Part shown: piece after piece, positions 1 through 11,176 of the stretch
How positions within the stretch are numbered: the stretch's first letter is position 1
Layout: every line of letters begins with the position of its first letter
Assembly (NCBI GenBank): GCA_963743915.1
Contig: CAVURN010000001.1
Coordinates: 768,001-832,000 of the forward strand
From: an uncultured Actinomycetota bacterium
Lineage (GTDB): Bacteria > Actinomycetota > Actinomycetes > JAHEKZ01
Direction of reading: 5' to 3'
DNA length: 64,000 nt
Made by a program: the position numbers and the translations under genes
The notes under the pieces: generated by a model
Seen by the model: only the letters and a program-made list of their open reading frames with translations
What the model was told of the DNA's origin: nothing
Databases searched by the model: none

Positions 1-913
1 GGCTGTCGAGGTCGTTGCAGTGCACGAGGTCGGCGAGCAGGCGTTCGAGTGCGCTCGTGTCCTGCCCCGGGGCGCGTGAGCCCAGCGCCAACGTGCGGCG
101 GTAGGAGCTCTGGCAGGTGAGCACAGCGGACTCGCTCGCGGCGGCGAACTCCGGGGTGGGCATCCCGATCACCCAGCCCTGTGCCTCTGCGACGTCGAGG
201 TCGGCGAGCACGTAGAGGCCGTCGAGGTTCTCCACGCCCTCGGCGCACACCTCCGCCCCGACGCGGGCGGCATACCGCACCACAGCCTCGACGAGGGCTG
301 CCTTGGCGGCCTGTGACTCGATGCCGGTGACGAGCGAACGGTCGAGCTTGAGAAGGTCGGGGGACAGGGTCATGACCCGCTGAAGTCCGGCGTAGCCCTC
401 TCCGACGTCGTCCACGGCGATGCGGGCACCGCGGTCCCGCAGGGCACGGAGGACCACCTGGAATCCGTCGCCGTCCTCGACGACCTCCTTCTCGGTGATC
501 TCGAACTGCACACCGGTCAGGTCGAACGGAAGGACGTCGTGGAACTCCGGGGCGGACAGCACCGAGGGACTGACGTTGACCGAGAGGACCGATCCGTCGG
601 GTCGGCTCTCGCCGACTCGCATCGCCAGGTCGACCGCCCGGGCCTCGAACATCGGCCCGAGACCGCACCGGTGCGCCATCGCGAACCAGGTGTCGGGGGA
701 GTGCGAAGGCAGATCGGCCCCGAAGCGGGACAGTGCCTCGTAGCCGACGACCCGCCCGGACGAGAGGCCCAGGATCGGCTGGACGACGATCGACGGAGCC
801 CCGCTGTGCAGCGCCCGGGTGACGAGGGCGCGGCACTCATCCACATCGGGCAGGGGATCCGGCGCAGCCGTGGACGCCGGCTCGGCCGCGATCGCTGCCC
901 CGGTGCTGGTCAT
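1..913 (-). CDS. EAL-domain (c-di-GMP phosphodiesterase-like) protein, 3' partial, runs off the window start
   Basis: Manual translation from ATG 913: ...SIVVQPILGLSSGRVVGYEALSRF...VDDVGEGYAGL...LKLDRSLV...VCAEGVE...AQGW, all EAL motifs; absent from the ORF track because it has no stop in the window. Confidence 0.85.
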   Translation of the reverse strand, partial: MTSTGAAIAAEPASTAAPDPLPDVDECRALVTRALHSGAPSIVVQPILGLSSGRVVGYEALSRFGADLPSHSPDTWFAMAHRCGLGPMFEARAVDLAMRVGESRPDGSVLSVNVSPSVLSAPEFHDVLPFDLTGVQFEITEKEVVEDGDGFQVVLRALRDRGARIAVDDVGEGYAGLQRVMTLSPDLLKLDRSLVTGIESQAAKAALVEAVVRYAARVGAEVCAEGVENLDGLYVLADLDVAEAQGWVIGMPTPEFAAASESAVLTCQSSYRRTLALGSRAPGQDTSALERLLADLVHCNDLDS

Positions 914-1004
914 GGTCTGCCGTCACCTCGTCGGTGCGGTTGGTGGAACCCCGTCTAGGAGATGTCGGCAGCCGGAGGCCTCGGGTGTAGGCCCTGCCGC
1001 CGCT

Positions 1005-2360
1005 TCACGAGAGGGAGGCGAACGCCTTGTCGAGCACGCCCAGGGCCTCCTCGAGCAGCTCCTCGGGCATGGTCAGGGGAGGCAGGAAGCGGAGCACGTT
1101 CCCGTAGGTGCCGGCGGTCAGGACCAGGACGCCCTCCGCGTGGCACTGCTTGACCACCGACGCGATCTCCGCGGTCGCGGGCTCGAGGGTGCCGGGCTTC
1201 ACGAGCTCGACGGCCACCATCGCCCCGCGACCTCGAACGTCCCCGATCACCGGGTACTGCGCCTGCATCTGAGCGAGACGGGGGAGCATGATCTCGCCGA
1301 TGCGACGAGCCCTGCCCACCAGGTCGTGCTGCTCGATGGCGGCCATGGCGCCGAGGGCCGCCGCGCAGGCGACCGGGTTGCCCCCGTAGGTGCCACCGAG
1401 CCCGCCGGTGTGCACGGCGTCCATGATCTCGGCGCGTCCCGTGACGGCGGCGAGCGGCATGCCGCCGGCGATGCCCTTGGCGGTGGTGATGATGTCAGGG
1501 ACGACGTCCTCGTCCTCGCAGGCGAACAGGTCGCCGGTCCTCGCGAACCCGGTCTGCACCTCGTCCGCGATGAAGACGATGCCGTTCGTCTTCGCGAACT
1601 CCGCGAGGCCGGGCAGGAACCCTTCGCCCGGGACGATGAATCCGCCCTCGCCCGCGATCGGCTCGATCAGGATCGCTGCCACCTGGTCGGCGCCGATCTC
1701 CTTCTCGATCTTGCTGATCACCTGCTCGAGCGCCTCACGTCCGGCGTTGGCGGCGCCGCCGGGCCACCGGAAGGGGTAGGAGAGGGGCATGCGGTAGATC
1801 TCGCCCGCGAAAGGACCGAAGTTGTACTTGTAAGGCATCGACTTGGCGGTGAGCGCCATGGTCAGGTTGGTGCGCCCGTGGTAGGCGTGCTCGAAGACCA
1901 CGACCGCCTGGCGCCCGGTGGCGTAGCGGGCGATCTTGACGGCGTTCTCGACCGCCTCGGCCCCGGAGTTGAAGAGGGCGGTCTTCTTGGCGTGGTCACC
2001 GGGGGTGAGACGGTTCAGCTGCTCGGCAACCGCGACGTAGCCCTCGTAGGGCGTGACCATGAAGCAGGTGTGGGTGAAGGCGGCGGCCTGCTCCTGGATG
2101 CCGGAGACCACCTCAGGGGCGGCGTTGCCCACGTTGACCACGGCGATGCCGGCGCCGAGGTCGATCAGGCTGTTGTCGTCGACGTCGACGAGCACACCGC
2201 CACCGGCAGCCTTGACGAAGACGGGCAGGACGGTGCCGATCCCGTCGGAGACGGCGGCCTGCTTGCGGGCGAGCAGCTCGACCGACCTGGGGCCGGGGAT
2301 CGCGGTGACCACGCGACGCTCCTGGGGCAGGGAGGGGCCGCCGGGCAGGGATCCAGTCAT
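1005..2360 (-). CDS. gabT: 4-aminobutyrate--2-oxoglutarate transaminase (class III PLP aminotransferase)
   Basis: NSGAEAVENAVKIAR, YHGRT, EPIAGEGG, ADEVQTGFARTG, TAKGIAGG, GGTYGGNP; start chosen at ATG 2360 after a GAAAG purine tract. Confidence 0.9.
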   Translation of the reverse strand: MTGSLPGGPSLPQERRVVTAIPGPRSVELLARKQAAVSDGIGTVLPVFVKAAGGGVLVDVDDNSLIDLGAGIAVVNVGNAAPEVVSGIQEQAAAFTHTCFMVTPYEGYVAVAEQLNRLTPGDHAKKTALFNSGAEAVENAVKIARYATGRQAVVVFEHAYHGRTNLTMALTAKSMPYKYNFGPFAGEIYRMPLSYPFRWPGGAANAGREALEQVISKIEKEIGADQVAAILIEPIAGEGGFIVPGEGFLPGLAEFAKTNGIVFIADEVQTGFARTGDLFACEDEDVVPDIITTAKGIAGGMPLAAVTGRAEIMDAVHTGGLGGTYGGNPVACAAALGAMAAIEQHDLVGRARRIGEIMLPRLAQMQAQYPVIGDVRGRGAMVAVELVKPGTLEPATAEIASVVKQCHAEGVLVLTAGTYGNVLRFLPPLTMPEELLEEALGVLDKAFASLS

Positions 2361-2465
2361 GGCAGGTCTCGCTTTCAGGGGGCGGTAACTCTGGCCACTG
2401 TACGTCCGCGGTCCCGCGAGCGTCCCCTGGCCGTCTCGCACAACTTCCTCGCTACCATGTGCCGC

Positions 2466-2497
2466 AGTGTCCATGAAGGGCCACAAAGTGTCCATGA
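2466..2497. promoter_or_regulatory. Tandem 11-bp direct repeat AGTGTCCATGA (21-bp period), candidate PucR-family binding site
   Basis: Exact copies at 2466-2476 and 2487-2497 in the gabT/PucR divergent spacer. Confidence 0.55.
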
Positions 2498-2523
2498 CGG
2501 GTCCAGGAGCGCCGGGAGGTCGC

Positions 2524-4062
2524 ATGGTGGCGCCGACGGTCCGGACCCTGCTCGACCTGCCCGCGCTCGCCCTCGGGCTGCGGGCGGGGGCCGGGGAGAT
2601 CGACCGACCGGTCCGGTGGGTCGCGGTGAGCGAGCTCGAGGATCCCACCACGTACCTCGAGGGCGGGGAGCTGCTGCTCACCACCGGGCTGCGGCTCGTC
2701 GACGCCGACTGGCCCCACTACGTGGACCGGCTTGCGCATGCCGGTGTCAGCGGCCTCGGGCTCGGGGTCGGCCTCACTCACCAGCGGATGCCCAAGGCGC
2801 TCGTCACGGCCGCCGAGAGCGTCCACCTTCCGTTGCTCGAGGTTCCCGAACCCACCCCGTTCATGGCGGTCAGCCGCGCAGTGTCCGACCTGCTGGCGGC
2901 GGCGGAGTACGAGGCCGTCACCCGCACCGTCGAGGCGCAACGTGACCTCACCCGTGCTGCCCTCGCACCGGAGGGCGACGCGGCCGTCGTCGCGCGACTC
3001 GCGGCCGCGCTGGGCGCTCACGTGCTGCTGCTCGACGCAGCAGGTCGGCTGCTGCACGCCGCCCCACGCGAGGCGGCCAGTTGGGTCCAGGCGGTGGCGC
3101 CCGAGGTCGAGCGCCTGCGGCTGCGGGGGCCGCGCACCTCGGCCTCCTTCTCGCTTGACGACCGGCACATCGTCATGCAGCCGTTGGCTCCGGCGGGCCG
3201 GGTGCGGGGGTTCCTCGTGGTGGCGGGACCGCAGGCGTTCGCAACGGCCGACCTCGCGCTGGTCAACGTCGGGACGGCGCTGATCTCCCTGGCCATGGAG
3301 CGCTCAGTGGGCACCGACACCGCACGACGAGAGCTGCGGTCGGCGTTGCTGGCGCTCCTGGCCGACGGGATCCCCGTCGAGCGGCTGCCGGTGGCGGGAG
3401 TGGGCTGGGACGAGCTGCTGGCCGGTCCGGTCAGAGTCCTGGTCGCGGACGGCGCCCCGTCCGACCTGCTCGCCCTGCTGGAGGAGGTCGAGGAGAGCGA
3501 CCCGGTCAGGGGATGGCGCGGCGCGGCGCTGCACCACGGCCGCGTGGTGGTGCTGCAGCCGGATCCACGCGGGCAAGCGGCGCCCACCCCTCCGACCCCG
3601 CCGGCACCGGCCGGGCCGATCAGCTGGGGGATCAGCGACGTCGTTCCCGTGGCGCAGCTCGGTGACGGCCTGCGTCAGGCGGGACGCGCGCTGGCTGCGG
3701 CCGGTCCGGGCGGGGTCCGGTCCTTCGGCGACCTCGCCCGTGACGGCCTGGTCGGGCTCGTCGACGCGGAGGCCGCTCGCGGGTTCGCCGACGCGCTGCT
3801 GGGCCCGCTGGAGTCCCGCGAGCGCGGCGACCTGGTCGCGTCCGTCCGGGCCTGGCTGGCGCACCACGGACAGTGGGACGCTGCTGCGTCCACGCTCGGG
3901 GTGCACCGACACACCCTGCGCTACCGGATGAAGCGGGTCGAGGAGCTGCTCGGCAGGTCACTCGACGACCCCGACCTGCGCGCCGAGCTCTGGGTCGCAC
4001 TCGCGGTCCGGGACCGGGACGCGGCGGTCCCCGGGGCGAAACCTGCCGGGATGTCCAACTAG
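2524..4062 (+). CDS. PucR-family transcriptional regulator
   Basis: N-terminal RWVAVSELEDPTTYLEGGELLLTTG PucR domain; C-terminal HTH AASTLGVHRHTLRYR. Confidence 0.9.
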   Translation: MVAPTVRTLLDLPALALGLRAGAGEIDRPVRWVAVSELEDPTTYLEGGELLLTTGLRLVDADWPHYVDRLAHAGVSGLGLGVGLTHQRMPKALVTAAESVHLPLLEVPEPTPFMAVSRAVSDLLAAAEYEAVTRTVEAQRDLTRAALAPEGDAAVVARLAAALGAHVLLLDAAGRLLHAAPREAASWVQAVAPEVERLRLRGPRTSASFSLDDRHIVMQPLAPAGRVRGFLVVAGPQAFATADLALVNVGTALISLAMERSVGTDTARRELRSALLALLADGIPVERLPVAGVGWDELLAGPVRVLVADGAPSDLLALLEEVEESDPVRGWRGAALHHGRVVVLQPDPRGQAAPTPPTPPAPAGPISWGISDVVPVAQLGDGLRQAGRALAAAGPGGVRSFGDLARDGLVGLVDAEAARGFADALLGPLESRERGDLVASVRAWLAHHGQWDAAASTLGVHRHTLRYRMKRVEELLGRSLDDPDLRAELWVALAVRDRDAAVPGAKPAGMSN

Positions 4063-4123
4063 GTCACCCATCTTCGCCAATGCGGAGAGCGAACGAGCCA
4101 GGTGTCGCGCCTACCGTCGTGGC

Positions 4124-5560
4124 ATGCAGACCTCACCTTTCTGGCTCGCCGGTCGCCCCACCTACGGCGAGGAGGAGCTGTCCGTCCGACGCCCCGACGG
4201 CAGCCTGGTCGCGACCGTGAGCGTGCCCACTCCCGCCCAGGTGGAGGAGGCGCTGTCGGCCCTCGCGGCCGCCCGGGCGGAGTCGGCGGCGCTGACCCTC
4301 GGCCAGCGGGCCGATGCGCTGACGCACGTGGCGGCCCGGCTGACCGAGCGGGCCGACGAGATCGCCGCACTGATCACCGCTGAGAACGGCAAGCCCATCA
4401 AGTGGGCCCGGATCGAGGTGACCCGAGCGGCGAGCGTGTTCCGGTGGGCGGCGGAGGAGGCGCGTCGGTGGAGCGGTGAGGTGCAGCGTCTCGACACCGA
4501 TCCCGCCGCGGCCGGTCGGCTGGCGCTGGTGCGTCGCGTCCCCAAGGGGCCCGTGCTCGGCATCGCGCCGTTCAACTTCCCTTTGAACCTGGTCGCGCAC
4601 AAGGTCGCGCCCGCCCTTGCAGTAGGGGCTCCGATTCTGCTGAAGCCCGCGCCCGCCACCCCGCTGTCGGCACTGGTCCTCGGCGAGATCCTGTCCGAGA
4701 CCGACCTGCCGGCCGGAATGTGGTCGGTGCTGCCCGTCCCGAACGACCGGATGGCCACGCTCGTGGCCGACCCGCGGCTGCCGATCATCTCCTTCACCGG
4801 GTCGGCGCCCGTCGGCTACGCCATCCGCAGCTCGGTGCCGCACAAGCACGTCGTGCTCGAGCTCGGGGGCAACGCGGCGGCGGTGGTGCTGGGCGACTAC
4901 AGCGAGGCGGCCGACCTGGCGTGGGCCGCCCAGCGGATCGCGATGTTCGCCAACTACCAGGCCGGCCAGTCGTGCATCTCGGTCCAGCGGCTGCTCGTCG
5001 ACCGACCGCTGTACGACGAGGTTGTCGCCCGCGTCGTCGACGAGGTGGAGAAGCTGGTCACCGGCGACGTCGATGACCCCGCCACGGACGTCGGCCCCCT
5101 CGTCGACGAGCCAGCCGCAGTCCGGGTGGAGTCCTGGATCGACGAAGCGGTGTCCGCCGGGGCCAAGCTGCTGACGGGGGGCGTCCGGAGGGGTGCCGAG
5201 CTGAGCCCGGCGGTGCTGGTCGACGTGCCGACCGACGCCAAGCTGTGGTGCGAGGAGGTCTTCGGCCCGGCGGTCGTCATCGCTCCGGTCGACGGCGTCG
5301 ACGGCGCGGTCGCGGCCGTCAACGACTCACGCTTCGGCCTGCAGACCGGCGTGTTCACCAAGGACCTGCAGACCGCCTTCCGGCTCTTCTCCGAGCTCGA
5401 GGTCGGCGGCGTCATCATCGGTGACGTGCCCAGCTACCGGGCCGACCAGATGCCCTACGGCGGCGTGAAGGAGTCAGGTGTCGGACGCGAGGGCGTGGCA
5501 TACGCCATGACCGACTTCACCGAGGAGCGGGTGATGGTCATGACGGGTCTGCCGCTCTAG
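4124..5560 (+). CDS. NAD(P)-dependent aldehyde dehydrogenase (possibly succinate-semialdehyde/aminoaldehyde DH)
   Basis: PFNFP, SFTGS, LELGGN, GQSCIS, EEVFGP, PYGGVKESG; next to gabT. Confidence 0.9.
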   Translation: MQTSPFWLAGRPTYGEEELSVRRPDGSLVATVSVPTPAQVEEALSALAAARAESAALTLGQRADALTHVAARLTERADEIAALITAENGKPIKWARIEVTRAASVFRWAAEEARRWSGEVQRLDTDPAAAGRLALVRRVPKGPVLGIAPFNFPLNLVAHKVAPALAVGAPILLKPAPATPLSALVLGEILSETDLPAGMWSVLPVPNDRMATLVADPRLPIISFTGSAPVGYAIRSSVPHKHVVLELGGNAAAVVLGDYSEAADLAWAAQRIAMFANYQAGQSCISVQRLLVDRPLYDEVVARVVDEVEKLVTGDVDDPATDVGPLVDEPAAVRVESWIDEAVSAGAKLLTGGVRRGAELSPAVLVDVPTDAKLWCEEVFGPAVVIAPVDGVDGAVAAVNDSRFGLQTGVFTKDLQTAFRLFSELEVGGVIIGDVPSYRADQMPYGGVKESGVGREGVAYAMTDFTEERVMVMTGLPL

Positions 5561-5568
5561 CGAGCCCG

Positions 5569-6318
5569 TCACGTCGGGGGCGTGTACGCCTCCGGCCGGT
5601 GCACCATCTCGGCCAGGCTGCGCATCACCTGCTCGAACAGAGGCTCGCCGTCGCGCATGGCCCATGACAGGTGGCCGAACGCCTCCATCGCGACGCACCC
5701 GAAGATGCGCACCCATCCCTCCAGAAAGCGGACGACGGCTCCCATCGGCATGTCCGGCACGAGGGTCGAGGTGAGCCAGGTCCAGTAGGGGTCGAGCTCC
5801 ACCCGGAGGTTCTCCGGCAAGCCCTCACGCGTCTCGACGGGGAAGGGTGCGGCCTCCCACATGGCGATGAAGGCGGTCGCAAACAAGTTGCCGAACCGGT
5901 CGCTGGCCTGTTGGCACGCGTTGGTGGGCTCCTGGCCCAGCGCCGTCGGGGTGATGCCGAACAGCAGGCCGAACTCGTGCGGGTGTCCGATGGCCCACCG
6001 TCGGAAGGCTCGGCTGAGCGCCAGCATGCGGGCGAAGGGATCGACGGCGTCACGGGCGTCGGCCTCCATGGTGTCGCACAGCTCGCCGAAGAGGTCGACG
6101 GTGACCGCCTCGACAAGGTCCTCCAGGCTCGGGAAGTAGCGGTAGAGGGCCGGCGCGGTCAGGCCGACGTCGCGGGCGATGGCCCGCAGCTGGATCCCGC
6201 TGGGCCCCTGGGCCACCAGGTGGCTGCGGGCGGCGGCCTTGATCTCGTCGAGGGTCTGCTCGCGGAGCCGCTCCCGCCGGGTGGCGGCCAGGACCGGCCC
6301 GGCCTCGGTGCTGCTCAT
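5569..6318 (-). CDS. TetR/AcrR-family regulator (WHG-type C-terminus)
   Basis: LRAIARDVGLTAPALYRYFPS HTH; divergent from the MMPL gene. Confidence 0.9.
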   Translation of the reverse strand: MSSTEAGPVLAATRRERLREQTLDEIKAAARSHLVAQGPSGIQLRAIARDVGLTAPALYRYFPSLEDLVEAVTVDLFGELCDTMEADARDAVDPFARMLALSRAFRRWAIGHPHEFGLLFGITPTALGQEPTNACQQASDRFGNLFATAFIAMWEAAPFPVETREGLPENLRVELDPYWTWLTSTLVPDMPMGAVVRFLEGWVRIFGCVAMEAFGHLSWAMRDGEPLFEQVMRSLAEMVHRPEAYTPPT

Positions 6319-6346
6319 GGGGACTCCCGGAGGTTGTCGCGTTTCC

Positions 6347-6413
6347 GTGAACGGGGTTGACAAGAGTTTACATCGTTTGCATAGTGGACGCACCCAAAGT
6401 AAACGGCGTTCAC
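6347..6413 (+). promoter_or_regulatory. sigma70-type promoter TTGACA-N17-CATAGT overlapped by three GTnaAC-N3-GTTnAC palindromes (TetR operators)
   Basis: -35 at 6357-6362, -10 at 6380-6385; palindromes at 6347-6361, 6366-6380 and 6399-6413. Confidence 0.7.
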
Positions 6414-6468
6414 GAGGGTGATCATGCGTCACCACTCTAGCGCCGGCGCCGCCTGGAAGGGACCCGCC

Positions 6469-8673
6469 ATGATCTTCGAACGACTCGGACACCTGATGTA
6501 CCGCCGTCGGCGCTGGGTGCTCGCGCTCACCGGTCTCTTCCTCGTCGTCGGCGTGAGCTGGGGCACCGGTGTCTTCGGAGCCCTCGACGACGGGGGCTTC
6601 GAGGACCCCGCCGCGGAGTCGAGCCGGGCAGCCGCCACCATCGCGGACGAGTTCTCGGGCACCTCAGGCGACGTGGTGGTCGTCTACCGCAGTGACACGT
6701 TGACCGTGGACGACCCCGCCTTCGCCCAGCCGGTCTCGACGGCGCTGGACCGGTTGCCGGCGGCGGACGTGGAGTCCGTGACGTCGTACTGGTCGACCGG
6801 CCGTGGGCCCGCGTTCGTGTCGGACGACGGTCGCACGACGTTCGCCGTCCTGGCACTGGTCGGTGACACCGACGCCGAGCGTGAGGAGTCCTATCGCGCG
6901 ATCGCCGACGACCTGCAGGTCGACGGTGTCGAGACGCTCAGAGGCGGACAGGTGCCGACCTTCGTGGACATCAACACGCAGATCGAGGAGGACCTCGCCA
7001 CCGCCGAGATGCTCTCGTTCCCGCTGCTCCTGGTGCTGCTCGTGATCGTGTTCGGCAGTCTCGCGGCGGCGAGCCTTCCCCTCGCGGTCGGGGGCATCGC
7101 GATCCTCGGCGCGTTCACGGTCCTGAACGTCGCCACCCAGTTCGGCGACGTCAGTGTGTTCGCCATCAACATCGTGACGATGCTGGGCCTCGGCCTGGCC
7201 ATCGACTACGCGCTCTTCGTCGTCAGCAGGTTCCGGGAGGAGCTGCAGCACGGGCTGGGCGTGGAAGACGCGGTGGTGCGCACCATGGCCACTGCGGGGC
7301 GCACCGTGGCGTTCTCGGGGCTGACCGTCGCGGTGTCCCTCGGCGCGCTCCTGCTCTTCCCCATGAACTTCCTGCAGTCCATGGGGCTCGGCGGCATCGC
7401 GGCCGTCGTCGTGGCGATGGTCGCAGCGCTCACGACGCTGCCGGCGCTGCTCTCGGTCATGGGCCACCGGGTGGATGCGCTCCGGGTGCCGTGGCGCCGC
7501 GGACACGCGACGGTGTCAGACCCCGACTCCGGCGCATGGTCTCGAATCGCCCGGGTCGTGATGCGCCGCCCGGTCGTGGTGACGGCTCTCACCGTGACGG
7601 TCCTCGCGGTGCTGGGGGCGCCCTTCTTCCAGGTCGCGTTCGGCGGCGTCGACGCCCGCGTGCTGCCCGCCACTGCGGAGAGCCGCGTGGCGTCCGAGGT
7701 GCTGCAGCAGGAGTTCCCGAGCGCGGCCGCTGAGCCCGTGGACGTCCTGCTCACCGGTGTCGACGAGCGTGAGCTGTCGCAGGCGACCAATGCGTTGGCC
7801 GCGATCGACAACGTCTCGTCCGCAGACGTGACGGCGGTCGCCGGCGACGACGCGGTGGTCTCGCTGTCGTACTCGGGCCCACCCACGTCCGACGACGCCC
7901 AGCAGATCGTCACCGACGTGCGTGCTCTCGTCGGATCCGGTGTCGTTGCCGTCGCCGACGACGCGGAGGTGACGGGGGAGTCCGCCCGCCTGGTCGACCT
8001 GCTGGACGGGATCGGCGACCGCCTGCCGTGGGCCCTGGGGTACATCCTCGTCGTGACCTTCGTGCTGCTCTTCCTGGCGTTCGGATCGATCGTCCTGCCA
8101 CTCAAGGCGATCGCGATGAACGTGCTGTCGCTGTCGGCGACTTTCGGCGTCCTGGTGTGGGGGTTCCAGGAGGGAAACCTGGAGGGGCTGCTCGGATTCA
8201 CCTCCACCGGCACGCTCGAGGCGACCCAGCCGGTGCTGATGTTCGCGATGGCCTTCGGCCTCTCGATGGACTACGAGGTGTTCCTGCTCAGCCGCATCCG
8301 CGAGGAGTGGGACCGCACCGGGGACAACGAGCTGGCGATCAGCCGAGGTCTGCAGCGCACCGGCCGCATCATCACCAGCGCCGCGCTGCTCTTCGTGGTC
8401 GTCGTGGGCGCCTTCGCGACCAGCGGCATCAGCTTCATCCAGATGATCGGCGTCGGACTGGCGATCGCCGTCGTCATCGACGCCACGATCGTGCGGGCGC
8501 TCCTCGTTCCCGCCACGATGCGGCTCCTGGGTCGTGCGAACTGGTGGGCCCCCCGGCCGCTCGTCCGGGTCTGGGAGCGCTTCGGCGTCCGTGAGGGTGA
8601 CGACCGACCGGTCGTGCCCGCCCCGGTCGAGGTGCCGGACGCGGACCGGGAGCGCGCGTCGACCTTGGTCTGA
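6469..8673 (+). CDS. MMPL (RND-superfamily) transporter
   Basis: [17 protein letters not shown] and [17 protein letters not shown] duplicated MMPL motifs, many TM helices; AAGGGA RBS before ATG 6469. Confidence 0.92.
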   Translation: MIFERLGHLMYRRRRWVLALTGLFLVVGVSWGTGVFGALDDGGFEDPAAESSRAAATIADEFSGTSGDVVVVYRSDTLTVDDPAFAQPVSTALDRLPAADVESVTSYWSTGRGPAFVSDDGRTTFAVLALVGDTDAEREESYRAIADDLQVDGVETLRGGQVPTFVDINTQIEEDLATAEMLSFPLLLVLLVIVFGSLAAASLPLAVGGIAILGAFTVLNVATQFGDVSVFAINIVTMLGLGLAIDYALFVVSRFREELQHGLGVEDAVVRTMATAGRTVAFSGLTVAVSLGALLLFPMNFLQSMGLGGIAAVVVAMVAALTTLPALLSVMGHRVDALRVPWRRGHATVSDPDSGAWSRIARVVMRRPVVVTALTVTVLAVLGAPFFQVAFGGVDARVLPATAESRVASEVLQQEFPSAAAEPVDVLLTGVDERELSQATNALAAIDNVSSADVTAVAGDDAVVSLSYSGPPTSDDAQQIVTDVRALVGSGVVAVADDAEVTGESARLVDLLDGIGDRLPWALGYILVVTFVLLFLAFGSIVLPLKAIAMNVLSLSATFGVLVWGFQEGNLEGLLGFTSTGTLEATQPVLMFAMAFGLSMDYEVFLLSRIREEWDRTGDNELAISRGLQRTGRIITSAALLFVVVVGAFATSGISFIQMIGVGLAIAVVIDATIVRALLVPATMRLLGRANWWAPRPLVRVWERFGVREGDDRPVVPAPVEVPDADRERASTLV

Positions 8674-8690
8674 CCTGCGACACTTCCCCC

Positions 8691-9884
8691 GTGCGCACCG
8701 TCACCCTGCTCGGTTCGACCGGCTCGATCGGCACCCAGGCGGTCGACGTGGTGGTGCGCAACCGGGACCGCTTTCGGGTGGTGGCCCTGGCGGCCGGAGG
8801 AGGTCGTCCTGAGCTGCTCGCCTCCCAGGCAGCGGCGCTCGACGTCGACGTCGTCGGCGTCGCGGACCCCTCGGCGGCGGACGAGGTGGGTGCGCTGCTG
8901 AGGGCAGCGGATGCACGCGCCCGTGTGGTCGTCGGCGAGGATGCCGCGACCCGGCTCGCCGAGACGCCCTGCGACGTGGTGGTCAACGGGCTCGACGGTG
9001 CTGTGGGTCTGCGACCGACCTTGGCGGCGTTGGCCGCCGGGAGGCGCCTGGCGCTGGCCAACAAGGAGTCGCTCATCATCGGCGGGCCGCTCGTCACCGA
9101 GGCAGCCGCTCCGGGTCAGATCGTGCCTGTCGACTCCGAGCACTCGGCCCTTGCGCAGTGCTTGCGCGGTGGCGCGCGGGCCGAGGTGCGGCGTCTCGTC
9201 CTCACGGCCAGCGGAGGACCGTTCCGCGGCCGGTCGCGAGCCGAGCTGGAGCGCGTGACGCCGCAAGAGGCCCTCGCGCACCCGACCTGGGACATGGGAC
9301 CGCTGGTCACCGTCAACTCGGCGACCCTCGTCAACAAGGGACTCGAGGTGATCGAGGCGCACCTGCTCTTCGACCTGCCGTTCGACCGGGTCGACGTGGT
9401 CGTGCACCCGCAGTCGGTCGTCCACTCGATGGTGGAGTTCGTCGACGGGTCGACGATGGCCCAGGCGAGCCCTCCGGACATGCGCCTGCCCATCGCCCTC
9501 GGCATGGCGTGGCCCGACCGCGTCCCGGACGCCGCACCGGGGCTGGACTGGAGCCAGGCCGCGTCGTGGGAGTTCCAGCCCCTGGACACGGACGCCTTCC
9601 CGGCGGTCGACCTGGCGCGTCGAGCGGGTGCGATGGGCGGGGCCGCACCGGCGGTCTTCAACGCGGCCAACGAGGCAGCGGTCGCCTCCTTCCTGGCCGG
9701 ACGCTCCTCGTTCCTCGCCATCGTGGACACCGTCGAGCAGGTCCTGGCCGAGCACCTCGGCGCGCGCGAGCCGGGGACGCAGGACACCGCGGCGTCGCTT
9801 ACCGTTGAGCACGTGCTCGGCGCCGACGCCTGGGCACGGCGCCGAGCCGGCGAGCTGATCGGGACGACGACGGAGGGACCATGA
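8691..9884 (+). CDS. dxr: 1-deoxy-D-xylulose-5-phosphate reductoisomerase
   Basis: [46 protein letters not shown]. Confidence 0.97.
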   Translation: MRTVTLLGSTGSIGTQAVDVVVRNRDRFRVVALAAGGGRPELLASQAAALDVDVVGVADPSAADEVGALLRAADARARVVVGEDAATRLAETPCDVVVNGLDGAVGLRPTLAALAAGRRLALANKESLIIGGPLVTEAAAPGQIVPVDSEHSALAQCLRGGARAEVRRLVLTASGGPFRGRSRAELERVTPQEALAHPTWDMGPLVTVNSATLVNKGLEVIEAHLLFDLPFDRVDVVVHPQSVVHSMVEFVDGSTMAQASPPDMRLPIALGMAWPDRVPDAAPGLDWSQAASWEFQPLDTDAFPAVDLARRAGAMGGAAPAVFNAANEAAVASFLAGRSSFLAIVDTVEQVLAEHLGAREPGTQDTAASLTVEHVLGADAWARRRAGELIGTTTEGP

Positions 9885-11176
9885 GCGGAGCGGGGCTGGT
9901 GGGACTCCTCGTCTTCGTCGTCGGCATCCTCGGCTCGATCGCCCTGCACGAGGTCGGTCACCTCGTCCCCGCCAAGAAGTTCGGCGTCCGGGTGACGCAG
10001 TACATGGTCGGGTTCGGCCCCACGATGTGGTCCCGGGTACGAGGCGAGACCGAGTACGGCGCGAAGTGGATCCCGCTTGGTGGCTACATCCGGATGGTGG
10101 GCATGTTCCCGCCGCGGATGAACCGCGAGGGTGACCTGGTGCTCGCCGCGTCGAGCACCGGTCCGTTCCAGTCGATGATCGAGGACGCCCGGCGGACGTC
10201 TGCGGAGGAGATCCAGGCGGGCGAGGAGCACCGGGCCTTCTACCAGCTGAGCGTCCCCAAGAAACTGGTCGTGATGCTCGGCGGGCCCACGATGAACCTG
10301 CTCATCGCGGCGGTCCTCTACGCGATCGCTCTCGCCGGTGTGGGGGTGCCGTCCCTCACGATGACGCTCGACGAAGTGGCCCCCTGCGTGCCGAGCACTC
10401 TCGAGTCCGAGTGCACCCCGTCCGACCCGGAGAGTCCCGCCGCCGCCGCTGGCCTCGAGCCCGGTGACGTCGTGGTGGCGCTGGACGGCGTCCGCTACGA
10501 GGACTGGACCGATCTCGTCGAGGTCGTCAGGGGGCAGGCGGGCGAGAACGTGGTGGTGACCGTCGAGCGGGACGGACAGCAGATCGATCTTCCGCTGACC
10601 GTCGGCAGCACGGAGGTGCCCGACCTCGACGACCCCTCCCGGACCGTGACCGCCGGGTACGTCGGGGTGGTTCCGTCGGTCGAGCAGCAGCGGTCCGAGC
10701 TGTCAGCCGTGCCTGAACAGATGTGGCAGTTCGTCACGCTCTCCACGAAGGCGGTGCTGTCCATCCCCTCCAAGATGGTGGGCGTCTGGCAGGCGGCGTT
10801 CAGCGACGAGGAGCGCGACCGGACCGGGCCGGTCAGTGTCGTGGGCGTCGGGCGGTTCAGCGTCACGGTCGCCGAGGACCAGTCCACCGTGGGCTGGAAG
10901 ACCGCGAACCTGCTGATGATCCTGGCCTCGCTCAACATGGCGTTGTTCCTGTTCAACCTGATCCCGCTCCTGCCCCTGGACGGCGGTCATGTCGCAGGCG
11001 CCCTCTACGAGGGAGCCCGACGTCAGATCGCCCGGATCCGCGGTCGGCCGGACCCGGGGCCGGTCGACGTCGCCCGAATGCTGCCGGTGGCCTACACCGT
11101 GGCGGTGGCGTTGATCGCGATGTCGGTGCTGCTCATCTACGCGGACATCGTCAACCCCATCCGCCTCACCGAGTGA
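9881..11176 (+). CDS. rseP: M50 site-2 intramembrane zinc metalloprotease with PDZ domain (RseP/Rip1)
   Basis: [20 protein letters not shown]; conserved dxr-rseP-ispG synteny. Confidence 0.93.
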   Translation: MSGAGLVGLLVFVVGILGSIALHEVGHLVPAKKFGVRVTQYMVGFGPTMWSRVRGETEYGAKWIPLGGYIRMVGMFPPRMNREGDLVLAASSTGPFQSMIEDARRTSAEEIQAGEEHRAFYQLSVPKKLVVMLGGPTMNLLIAAVLYAIALAGVGVPSLTMTLDEVAPCVPSTLESECTPSDPESPAAAAGLEPGDVVVALDGVRYEDWTDLVEVVRGQAGENVVVTVERDGQQIDLPLTVGSTEVPDLDDPSRTVTAGYVGVVPSVEQQRSELSAVPEQMWQFVTLSTKAVLSIPSKMVGVWQAAFSDEERDRTGPVSVVGVGRFSVTVAEDQSTVGWKTANLLMILASLNMALFLFNLIPLLPLDGGHVAGALYEGARRQIARIRGRPDPGPVDVARMLPVAYTVAVALIAMSVLLIYADIVNPIRLTE

